Below the pieces are notes generated by a model. It did no database searches. It saw nothing but the letters and a program-made list of their open reading frames with translations, and was not told where the DNA came from. The position numbers and the translations under genes were made by a program. Below are positions 17,877 to 26,312 of a stretch of 33,246 bases of DNA, piece by piece (within the stretch, counting starts at the first letter, position 1; every line of letters begins with the position of its first letter). Source of the DNA: a bacterium (GTDB taxonomy: Bacteria; Zixibacteria; MSB-5A5; GN15; FEB-12); contig JBDRNJ010000032.1 in the NCBI GenBank assembly GCA_043811375.1, forward strand, positions 1 to 33,246. Reading direction: 5' to 3'.

Positions 17877-18033
17877 CCTCGGGGCGTTTTCGTAACCGAC
17901 TGCTGCAGGGCGACTTACGGAGACAACTTGTCGACTAACAATGGCTTGGGGCGCTGTTCTTCTTCAAACTGGTTTAAGTTGTTTTGAAGTGTTTTGAGTT
18001 GTTTGTACGAACAGATGTCAAAAATACGTCAAA
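17850..18033 (+). repeat. 184-bp direct repeat, copy 2
   Basis: Colinear with 1500-1683 at an offset of 16350. Confidence 0.95.
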
Positions 18034-18085
18034 CGGAGTTGACTGTAGAACACCGTAGACGGCAAATTCCCTCTGCGCGGGGATC

Positions 18086-18292
18086 CTACAGCCCATATCG
18101 AGCGTACTTCGAATCGGCCTCACCTATTCGTGATAGGATGGTTTCCATCTGTTGTGTTAGGTGAGTTACTTGTGTCCTTAGGTCACTGATCTCAGCCTCC
18201 TTGGCGTCGTTTTTGGCCTCGAGGGCTTCGATTCTTCTGGATTTTTCGTCCAGTTGGATTAGGTAGAGGGTTTGTTCCTCGAGTTTCTCCAC
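18086..18292 (-). pseudogene. C-terminal coiled-coil fragment of a peptidase S74 (intramolecular chaperone)-type protein
   Basis: EKLEEQTLYLIQL resembles the L.KIEELTLY.I motif and is followed by heptads. No upstream domain. Confidence 0.6.
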
Positions 18293-18550
18293 GCCAGGAT
18301 AGCATAGTATCCCTGCGGCCTCTTTGGATTAGATTGGCATGATACTGGCGCTTTTTTTGTGTTTTGTCTTACGGCAACGAATTCATATAGTATTGTGTTA
18401 GCAAGAGAGTAAAACATGAAGTTCGGAGGTATTCTCAAATGTTGTGGACGAAGGGAGGGGTAAGTCTCTCGGATGGTGTTGTTTTCAGGCAACCGCCTTC
18501 TGCACAGAACGTTCAATACCCAGCTGAACCAAGGCCAAGTGGAGTAAGCC

Positions 18551-20179
18551 ATGACATCAAGTAGATTGTATTCACAAGTTCTCGGCTATTATGACTTCAC
18601 AGGGAATCCTCAGGTAGTGAATCCAATGGAAGTAGGTTGTGGTGTAGTGGATAGCAACATCACGCATGTTCACGAGACAACACATCGCATATTGGCATCG
18701 TCGACAACAACCGGTCATTTGGTACGGTTGCTTGTCGAGGGACGGAAGCATTTCCCGCAAGACATGCAAGCCGATCTCAATGAAACCGTCCGACACATAA
18801 TTGAAGCTTGCCGCATGCCGCATGAAGCAGCCGCGACCTACTTCAGTCTGCGTTCTGCCGCAGCCTCGCATGTGGATGTGACACGCGAACACCTAGCTGC
18901 TTTGCCACAGTATTATCGTGACGCAATATCCTATTTTGAACAGGCCATAGGGCCAATTCTCGACGGTGGCACAATTGCGGACCAGCGGGCTATTCAGGCC
19001 ATCGTCATGACTGTGACCAGGCTTTCACTCAATGTGCCAATTGGGGGGTTAGACGGATTCCGGCGCCTGGCAGATGTACGGTCGCTCATCAGCAGCGACA
19101 ACCCGACGGAAAGGTTCGAGTGCCTGGTAGATTTAATGAAGGCCAAACATTTGACACCTATTCTCCACGAAGAAATATCAAATACGCTAACAAGATACAT
19201 TGGTGACGACTGGCGTGACGACGTGGCCAGAATTCCGTACTCGGATATAGGTTCTCATTTTCAAGAGGCATGTGAACATATGGGCCAACTGTTCTTGGAA
19301 TTAGATGTTCCGTTCAAAATCGTGTTGGAATCACAGGTACTCGATGAAATCGAAGCATTTGGCTCGCAACCATTTAGTCCGTATTGGGAAGGAACGGTGT
19401 TTACAAAAGTGCGCGATGACCCGAACACTAGCGAGGTCGCCTTGCATCCGGGGCATCCGAACCGGCCTAAGGACTATGCCATCGCGAAGAGATACATGCC
19501 CGGTAGTGTCGAGGACATCCGCAACGCAGTGAGCGATGCCAGCAGAGAAGGCTTCCTGTTTGTGCATGTCCGCCGACCAACGCACGCATCTCCGGACGTT
19601 TTCGAACTTCTCGCTGAGCGCCTCACTGACGGGATTGGAAACAGTCGTATATCATGTACTCTTGAGATGGGACATCTCTGGTTTTTCCATGATGCAAACC
19701 CCGAAAGAGTCGCGCTCAAGATTGATGAGCGATTGTTTCGTTCGCCAGAGTGTAGACAGTTCCTTATGCTATTGGATAACTTCTCAATCCCGATATTCGT
19801 ACTAGCACATGAGACAACGGCAGATCGCATGGCAAAGTGGTTGGAGACGGAGCTGAAGCGGTTGCGAGACGACTACATGGTTTTTGCTCAACACATAGTA
19901 GTCTCAGATTCAGATACGCCAGAAATTGAATCCCTTTGCGTGGCTATCGCTGGTAATGAGCGCGACGGTCTTCGATATTCAACGCTACTGGTACCATCAG
20001 AAGTTGAAAAGTTGGTCGACATGTTTCTCGCCTGCCCTACCTCAGGGTCTGTGTACGCACCCACCTTCAGCTCAAAGAGAAGTGAAGACACACGTATTCA
20101 TAAGCGCTTTGAGAGATGGGCTCTCGGTGAGATAACTCAGAAGTTCATTGTCTGCACTTATCTAGATGATGTTGAATAG
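18551..20179 (+). CDS. HExxH putative zinc metallopeptidase-like protein
   Basis: VHETTH plus a downstream EAAATY (possible third ligand); RBS ggag. Confidence 0.75.
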   Translation: MTSSRLYSQVLGYYDFTGNPQVVNPMEVGCGVVDSNITHVHETTHRILASSTTTGHLVRLLVEGRKHFPQDMQADLNETVRHIIEACRMPHEAAATYFSLRSAAASHVDVTREHLAALPQYYRDAISYFEQAIGPILDGGTIADQRAIQAIVMTVTRLSLNVPIGGLDGFRRLADVRSLISSDNPTERFECLVDLMKAKHLTPILHEEISNTLTRYIGDDWRDDVARIPYSDIGSHFQEACEHMGQLFLELDVPFKIVLESQVLDEIEAFGSQPFSPYWEGTVFTKVRDDPNTSEVALHPGHPNRPKDYAIAKRYMPGSVEDIRNAVSDASREGFLFVHVRRPTHASPDVFELLAERLTDGIGNSRISCTLEMGHLWFFHDANPERVALKIDERLFRSPECRQFLMLLDNFSIPIFVLAHETTADRMAKWLETELKRLRDDYMVFAQHIVVSDSDTPEIESLCVAIAGNERDGLRYSTLLVPSEVEKLVDMFLACPTSGSVYAPTFSSKRSEDTRIHKRFERWALGEITQKFIVCTYLDDVE

Positions 20180-20376
20180 ATCGATAGTACACCGGGGAGT
20201 CGGAAGGGCAATCCGGTGTCGCGCCTTGGAAGGCAAAAGGGGTCAGGTTGTACTTCGTAACGTACGGCAACATATTCTGTGGCATTTGGTAACATGTCAC
20301 TGCACTCGGACCGGTAAAGGCTACCGCTTTTCCCGTCCGGTGAGTTTTGCGTTAGCCCGGAGAACGATGAGAACAA

Positions 20377-20882
20377 ATGACGGCCGAACCAGACGATTTC
20401 TTTGACGGAAGCCTATTTGACCCGGTGACACTGGGTCTGCATGTTCCCCCATCGGTCTTGACAGGTGGAGGCGACACAACGCGTTCCGACTTGGCCAAAG
20501 ATGAGCTACTTCTGCACGACTCGGGTGTGTTCGTCCATGAACTCACGCATTATCTACAGTTCCATGGCTCATGGTTCGGATACTACTGTCTCTTCCATTC
20601 CCAACTCAAGACGCACTTCTTCCTGAAGTTCTTGCGCCACCTTTGCCAAACAAAACGGCTGGTGCCACCGGTGGCCTATCACTATCCCATCGATACCGAC
20701 AGGGTTTCTGATTTCATTGCGCAGGAAGACGATCAGTCAATCTTTCTCAGAATGCTGAATGCCGAGCGGTATTTCCAAGAAGAACTCTATGGCTGGAATT
20801 ACCCGTACCTGTCCATGCATCCGCTGTATGAAGACAGCAGGTGGGTCAAGCAATCTTCCGTGTTGTATCTGGGCGTTCAAGG
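20377..20882 (+). pseudogene. Second HExxH protein, probably truncated by an IS end
   Basis: VFVHELTHYLQ. The ORF reads on to 21096 but crosses an IS-end-like sequence at 20883. Confidence 0.6.
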
Positions 20883-20908
20883 TGTATGTCTTCAGACAAA
20901 GTGGACAA
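20883..20908 (-). repeat. Orphan IS3-like terminal repeat
   Basis: tgtatgtcttcagacaaagtggacaa matches the reverse complement of IRR 102-127 at 20/26 positions. Confidence 0.65.
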
Positions 20909-21041
20909 TTGAACACCAAGAGTTAAGCCGGGTTCCGGCTGAGGGAAACGACATCGCCGCGGGGCCAAAGCCACCTACTGTGTTTACTTCAGACTCCGAT
21001 CGAGCAACCATTCATGCGGGATTTACAAAAAGTCCAAAAGT

Positions 21042-21248
21042 GTGGTTTCATATACCATTTCTCGTTATTCTGCAAGGACTTATGGGGAGAGAATAAGGCA
21101 GAAGCGGCTTGAAATGGGCTTGAGACAGGTGAATTTGGCTAACTTGTTGAGTGCCAATGAGACAAGCGTCTTCAACTGGGAGAATGACAGAACGGTACCA
21201 TGTCGGAGATATCGAGAGAAGCTGGCTGGGGTTCATGAGATTGGGTAG
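21042..21248 (+). CDS. XRE-family HTH protein, possibly a pseudogene
   Basis: GERIRQKRLEMGLRQVNLANLLSANETSVFNWENDRTVP; start unclear. Confidence 0.7.
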   Translation: MVSYTISRYSARTYGERIRQKRLEMGLRQVNLANLLSANETSVFNWENDRTVPCRRYREKLAGVHEIG

Positions 21249-21355
21249 CAGCTCTTCAAGCAGTCCATGCGCTCGAACTCTCAGGTTCCGATTGATCCAG
21301 TTTTTTTTTGGTAACGTCCGTCATCCAATATTTGATACTCGTGACACTTCACAAA

Positions 21356-22429
21356 TCATGGACTAAAGCTAAATGATGAGACAACTACTTCATCTGCTTT
21401 GTTCTGTTCTGGGGGATCCCCATCAAAGAGCCAGAGATTGAACCGCATCCGCTCGCCTCCAGGGGGCGGAATATCACCGCCAGTATACTCCCATTGGTAG
21501 ATGAGCGTGGCATGAGTCGGGTCAGCCTCGTGGCCTCGCCAGCTTTTGAAGCTGATGCTGTCAGCGGTCCAGATAAAACGGTGGCTGGTCTTGGCAACGG
21601 CCGGCATGTCATAATGGACGATATTTCCAGACACATTCCATGGTTGCACCACGTACTGGGCGTTATGGGGATTAGCGAGCACCCGAGAAAACTCGATATC
21701 AATTTCCCGCGACTGCGATTCGTAGACAAAACCGGCAAACACAGCATTGTAATCGAGTGAGTCGATTCTTGAATCTACCTGGAAAACATAGGTACCGTAT
21801 CCAAGCGAGTGATCCAGTACAACTTCAGCGCACTGCCAGGTATCGTGGTGGTAGTTGGTTTTCAGGTGTAAACCCTGTCCGTCGAGCCAGACATTGGCAA
21901 TGCTGTCCGAAAAAGCGTTGGGGCCAGGCCCGGCATAATCAGAGTGCTTGACCCGCCAGCTGTAACCGCTGAAATTAAGGATGCGATCGCCGGACGGTTC
22001 CGGATACTCATCTCGAGCCAGAACACCTGGATCATTGGCCGGATGGTGCTCGCGAACGGCTCCGGGATCGTAAGAATTGTCAACTAGCAGAGCCAGCATA
22101 CGCCACCACGGGTGGGTCCAGCTTTCCCAACTGCCGTCAGACTTCACGTAAGTGTAAGGACTGTTGATCCAGGGCTGGACATACCAGCGGTCTGTCTTGG
22201 CCCAGAGTACCACTCGTACGTTACCGGTATCAAGGTTATTGGCAGTTCCTTTAACAACGTCGTCACCTGGCTGCAGACCAATAATGGTGATTTCCGGTGG
22301 TAGGGTGGTGTCGCCGACGATACCAGTCGGCGCTTCCGGTGTTACGGGATTATCATCCTCACCGTTGCATCCTACAAATCCGGATGTCAAGAACAGCGTG
22401 CCAATAAGCGTCATTGCTATAATGCGCAT
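21356..22429 (-). CDS. GH16-like glycoside hydrolase lipoprotein
   Basis: Lipobox FVGC and catalytic-type EIDIE motif. Start MRIIAM after RBS aggagg. Confidence 0.8.
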   Translation of the reverse strand: MRIIAMTLIGTLFLTSGFVGCNGEDDNPVTPEAPTGIVGDTTLPPEITIIGLQPGDDVVKGTANNLDTGNVRVVLWAKTDRWYVQPWINSPYTYVKSDGSWESWTHPWWRMLALLVDNSYDPGAVREHHPANDPGVLARDEYPEPSGDRILNFSGYSWRVKHSDYAGPGPNAFSDSIANVWLDGQGLHLKTNYHHDTWQCAEVVLDHSLGYGTYVFQVDSRIDSLDYNAVFAGFVYESQSREIDIEFSRVLANPHNAQYVVQPWNVSGNIVHYDMPAVAKTSHRFIWTADSISFKSWRGHEADPTHATLIYQWEYTGGDIPPPGGERMRFNLWLFDGDPPEQNKADEVVVSSFSFSP

Positions 22430-22439
22430 CTCACGCCTC

Positions 22440-25163
22440 CTAAGGCTTGACACTGACTGCACCGCGCCCAGCGGTCGGGTTGGCAATAATGTGGTAGTCA
22501 GTGCCGTTCAGCAGAAGCCAGTGCACGCCGTCGCCAGTGCGGCAGGCAATGGCGTCTTTTAGCGGTGACCATGAAAAGTCGTACACAGAGGAATACTTGA
22601 TCAGCCATGCAGAACCCCAGTCGCCGACTGTACCGTGGTGTAATCCAGTTGATGACACATAGGCATATACCGACTTGTCGTTTGACAATCTCAATAACGA
22701 GACATTGTCAGACACCACTTGGACTGGCGACACTAATGTGGTGTCCGTGTAATCAATCAGATCAAGTAAGTAAATGCCCGATCCGGTCTCGAATATCAGC
22801 TGTCGATCATTGATCCAGGTCAAATTGATGTCTTCATCAAATCCTGTCCCGAATGTGTTAGAGACCCTGTGTGTACCAGTCCCGTCTTTACTCATCAGGC
22901 AAAGATAGGCACGAGTACCATACTCCTGATGGATAAAGGCGATGACTGAGTCGCCTGGTGCATAAGTCGGGCAGTGGTCCCAACAATAGCACCAGGTGGA
23001 CATTATCCTCTTATACTCATCTGTCTGAGTGTCATACCAGTAAACGCCGCTCCTGTAATGGCCATAAACCAGATATCGGCTGTCATGCGACCAGTCAAAA
23101 TCCATGGAACGTGAGCCGGCCAAGCCGGCTTCCAGATCACCCTCACGGCTAATGATGGTCACGGGACTAGTCAGTCCAGTAAATACTAGGTATTCACCGT
23201 CAGGTGACCAGAGCAGATCGCCGGGATAGTCCACATAGGAATCAATCCAGCTGTCATAGCCAATTGACAAAACCTGCGGATAAATCCCGTCGAGACTCAC
23301 CATATAGACAGTGTCAGCAACAGTATAGGTGATCTGGCGGGTTGGTGCGAAATCATGGTGCAGGCTGGCTGTATGAGTGTAGCCGGTTACGACTTGAATC
23401 GTAGTATCCGCGGGGAAGTGATTAGGAGAGAGTGTACGCACATAGTATTGGCCTGGGCTGATATCCTCCAATGTGTGGGGAGTAACATATCCTGTCGGAC
23501 TGCCGTTCAGACAGATCTCAGCCCCCGAAGGCACTGATTCTATTATCAGTGCTGTAGGCGCTTGCTCCAGTTGGACGTTGATAGCAGTCTCCTGATCAGC
23601 GGTCACCAAGACCGTTTCCGTATGGTCGAGATAAGCTGGCAGAGTCAGTTTGACCACATAAGTGCCTGGGTTTAGATCAGCCAGAGTATCAGGAGTTGTC
23701 AAACCAGTGTTGATATAGCCAAGATAGATGGCAGCGCCGGCAGGCGAAGACAGAACAACGATCTTTCCATAGATGGACGTTAGGTCTACATTTACTACGG
23801 TTGTCACATTCACATTGACCGTTACAGTCGAATCCCAGGTTGTGTAGCCGACTCTTGAAAGTGAGAGCCGATGGCTACCGGTCCAGACGTCATCCAACGT
23901 GTATGGTGTTGTCAGGCCAGTGCCGACTCCATCAAGAGTGATATGTGCAGCCTGAGGATCGGAATTGATGTTCAAGCTGCCGACTTCGTGATCCAGTTCA
24001 ATGGCGAGGAAGACATTATCAAACGGGATGATTTGTACATCAGCCTCGTAGTCCTTGTAGTCTGCCAAGGTGAGCTTGAGCCGATGCATGACGGAAGTTA
24101 GGTCCTCGAAAGTGCATGGAGTTATTTGGCTGGTATTGGTACCGTCAAGCCAGACAGCAGCTCCACTTGGCGCGGACTGTACGTGAAGCGAGCCGTGCTG
24201 GACATTGAGTTGCGGACTGACGTTTGTTGTCTGGTCTGTAGCAACCAAAGCGCTGTCAGACCACTCATCATAACCGTATTTGACCAGTTCCAAATGATAC
24301 CAGCCAGTCTCCAGTCCTGTGAAGGTATGCGGTGTTTCAGAATTGGAATTTGAACCGTCAAGCCAGATAGCAGCTCCGTGTGGGTCAGAACTTATGTACA
24401 GATTGCCAACTTCACGCTGTAGAACGGCATGAACTTCAATGGTGTCGAAAGCCTGGACGGCTACCGGTTCGACGTAGTCATAATAATCCGGCAATGTCAA
24501 TCTCAGTTCATGACTGTTAGCCAACAGACTGTCCACGGTGGCTGGCGTAACTATGCCCAAATCAACTCCATCAAGCAATATGGCTGCTCCCGCAGGCTCT
24601 GAAGTAACTGCAAGTCCGCCAACCAGCTTTTCCATGACCGCATTTACCACGGTAGTGCTATCACTGCCAATGCGGACTGTGTCCATCCACTCTGAATAGT
24701 TGGTCAGCGTGAGCTTTAGTTCGTAATCTCCGATTCTCCGGTTAACGAATTGCCACGGCGTGACATAAGAACTGCCGGAATACCCATCGAGGTAGATTTT
24801 AGCACCTGCTGGCTCAGAGTAGACTACGAGATTGCCGATAGTTTTAACCAGCATGGCCACCACTTCTTTGGTTTGGTTTTCAGCAACTGTCACCGTATCA
24901 ACCCAGTCCGCATATAGGTGTTTGGTTACCTTAACCACGCGGTCGCCCACCAGCACCTCGTTTATCTGGAGAGTACTGTCTAAGCCAGTGCGGCCCTTGC
25001 TTCTTCCATCAATGTAAACCGTGGCATATTCCACGCTTTTCACCAGGATTGAGCCGACTGGGGGGGCTGGGCTCACTGGGTCATCATCACATGAGACGTA
25101 GATTGAGCAGGTAACAGCGAGAAGGACCATTACCATCAACTGCTTGCGCCGTTTCACAATCAC
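22440..25163 (-). CDS. Lipoprotein with ~8 PEGA domains and a TolB-like beta-propeller
   Basis: Repeated G.L.V.S.P.GA.I.LDG units; C-terminal WSPDG/WSHD/WSP motifs; signal peptide ending YVSC. Confidence 0.92.
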   Translation of the reverse strand: MIVKRRKQLMVMVLLAVTCSIYVSCDDDPVSPAPPVGSILVKSVEYATVYIDGRSKGRTGLDSTLQINEVLVGDRVVKVTKHLYADWVDTVTVAENQTKEVVAMLVKTIGNLVVYSEPAGAKIYLDGYSGSSYVTPWQFVNRRIGDYELKLTLTNYSEWMDTVRIGSDSTTVVNAVMEKLVGGLAVTSEPAGAAILLDGVDLGIVTPATVDSLLANSHELRLTLPDYYDYVEPVAVQAFDTIEVHAVLQREVGNLYISSDPHGAAIWLDGSNSNSETPHTFTGLETGWYHLELVKYGYDEWSDSALVATDQTTNVSPQLNVQHGSLHVQSAPSGAAVWLDGTNTSQITPCTFEDLTSVMHRLKLTLADYKDYEADVQIIPFDNVFLAIELDHEVGSLNINSDPQAAHITLDGVGTGLTTPYTLDDVWTGSHRLSLSRVGYTTWDSTVTVNVNVTTVVNVDLTSIYGKIVVLSSPAGAAIYLGYINTGLTTPDTLADLNPGTYVVKLTLPAYLDHTETVLVTADQETAINVQLEQAPTALIIESVPSGAEICLNGSPTGYVTPHTLEDISPGQYYVRTLSPNHFPADTTIQVVTGYTHTASLHHDFAPTRQITYTVADTVYMVSLDGIYPQVLSIGYDSWIDSYVDYPGDLLWSPDGEYLVFTGLTSPVTIISREGDLEAGLAGSRSMDFDWSHDSRYLVYGHYRSGVYWYDTQTDEYKRIMSTWCYCWDHCPTYAPGDSVIAFIHQEYGTRAYLCLMSKDGTGTHRVSNTFGTGFDEDINLTWINDRQLIFETGSGIYLLDLIDYTDTTLVSPVQVVSDNVSLLRLSNDKSVYAYVSSTGLHHGTVGDWGSAWLIKYSSVYDFSWSPLKDAIACRTGDGVHWLLLNGTDYHIIANPTAGRGAVSVKP

Positions 25164-25186
25164 CTCCTAAACAAATCGTTACACAG

Positions 25187-26186
25187 TGTGATATGACGTA
25201 CCCTGTAGGACAGTTCTCCTGTTATTATAACATACTTCTCAGGGCTTCGTAAGGAGTTTTTCCGTTGAATGCTCCATGGGGTCGGCCAAAATTGTAGAAT
25301 CGTTCCCATTCCTCGAGTTTCTTGTTCAGATCCACGTCGTCAGTGTAGGTGAGGAGCTGATAGAACTCCTCTTTGTCGGAACGGTGAGATCTCTCGACCT
25401 TGCCGTTGAGCTGCGGTGAACGAGGTTTGATGTAAACATGACGGATGCCCCTGTCCTCGACGTGCCAATGGAATAACGCTTGGAACTCGTGGCCCCGATC
25501 AGTACGGACGGTATGAAGGCGAAAGGGGAACTTCTCGATCACGTAGTCAATGAAGTCTATGGCGTTCTTCTGAGTATGGCGTGAATAGATCTTCAGGGCT
25601 CGAATCCTGGTAGCATCATCGATAGCAGTATACTGGAAACGCCGTATCTTCTTGCCTTCGTTGTTCTTGAGAGTAAGGAAGGTTACGTCGACTTGGATGT
25701 GGTGGCCGGGAACCTGTTTTGCATAACGCTTGGTGTGGATAGCTCGACGACCAACGTTTCTGGGTAGACGTCTCAAATCATGGCGGATAAGGGTCCGGTA
25801 GACACTCGAACTGGAGGTCTTGACAGCATGGTAACGCTCCAGATACCAAGTGATTCGCTCGGGACCGAAGTGGTAAACCTGCCTGAGATGAAGGATCTTT
25901 TCGACTACTTCGTCAGATAACTGTCGTGGATGACTCTTGGCAATTGGTTTCTTTCGGACCAAACCCGCTTCACCATGCTTGGCATAGGCCTCCTTCCATC
26001 GGTAGAATGTTGACCTGGGCACATCCCACTCTCGACATACTTTGGCGGTGTTGCCCAACGCCTCGGCTAACTCCAAAATCAGCTTCTTCAACTTGACGGT
26101 ACGCACCGGATACTTCGCCATATTCACCTCCATATTGTGGCTTACAAAATAACACAATATGTCCCGCAAGGTCTGCTATATCTACA
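25187..26186 (-). mobile_element. IS481-family element (~1.0 kb)
   Basis: TGT...ACA termini with imperfect ~26-bp inverted repeats around a single transposase gene. No target duplication evident. Confidence 0.85.
25225..26121 (-). CDS. IS481-family DDE transposase
   Basis: N-terminal HTH; QVDV, TDRGHEF and NGKVER motifs; start MAKYP after RBS ggagg. Confidence 0.95.
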   Translation of the reverse strand: MAKYPVRTVKLKKLILELAEALGNTAKVCREWDVPRSTFYRWKEAYAKHGEAGLVRKKPIAKSHPRQLSDEVVEKILHLRQVYHFGPERITWYLERYHAVKTSSSSVYRTLIRHDLRRLPRNVGRRAIHTKRYAKQVPGHHIQVDVTFLTLKNNEGKKIRRFQYTAIDDATRIRALKIYSRHTQKNAIDFIDYVIEKFPFRLHTVRTDRGHEFQALFHWHVEDRGIRHVYIKPRSPQLNGKVERSHRSDKEEFYQLLTYTDDVDLNKKLEEWERFYNFGRPHGAFNGKTPYEALRSML

Positions 26187-26312
26187 ATCTAGGATACTCG
26201 GAACAATGCAGGTCGGATTACCGTGGGCACAACGAATTGTAGTTGACAGAAGTTGACTGTATAATAGGAATAGGTACATTTGAGTTTTACTCGTACAATG
26301 AAGTGGTAACAG

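Noticed and set aside
1500..18033. Diversity-generating retroelement TR/VR pair or prophage
   Set aside because: Mismatches are not adenine-specific, and there is no reverse transcriptase or phage structural/replication gene.
20883..21096. C-terminal part of the 239-aa HExxH ORF
   Set aside because: Probably read-through into an IS end and the HTH region.
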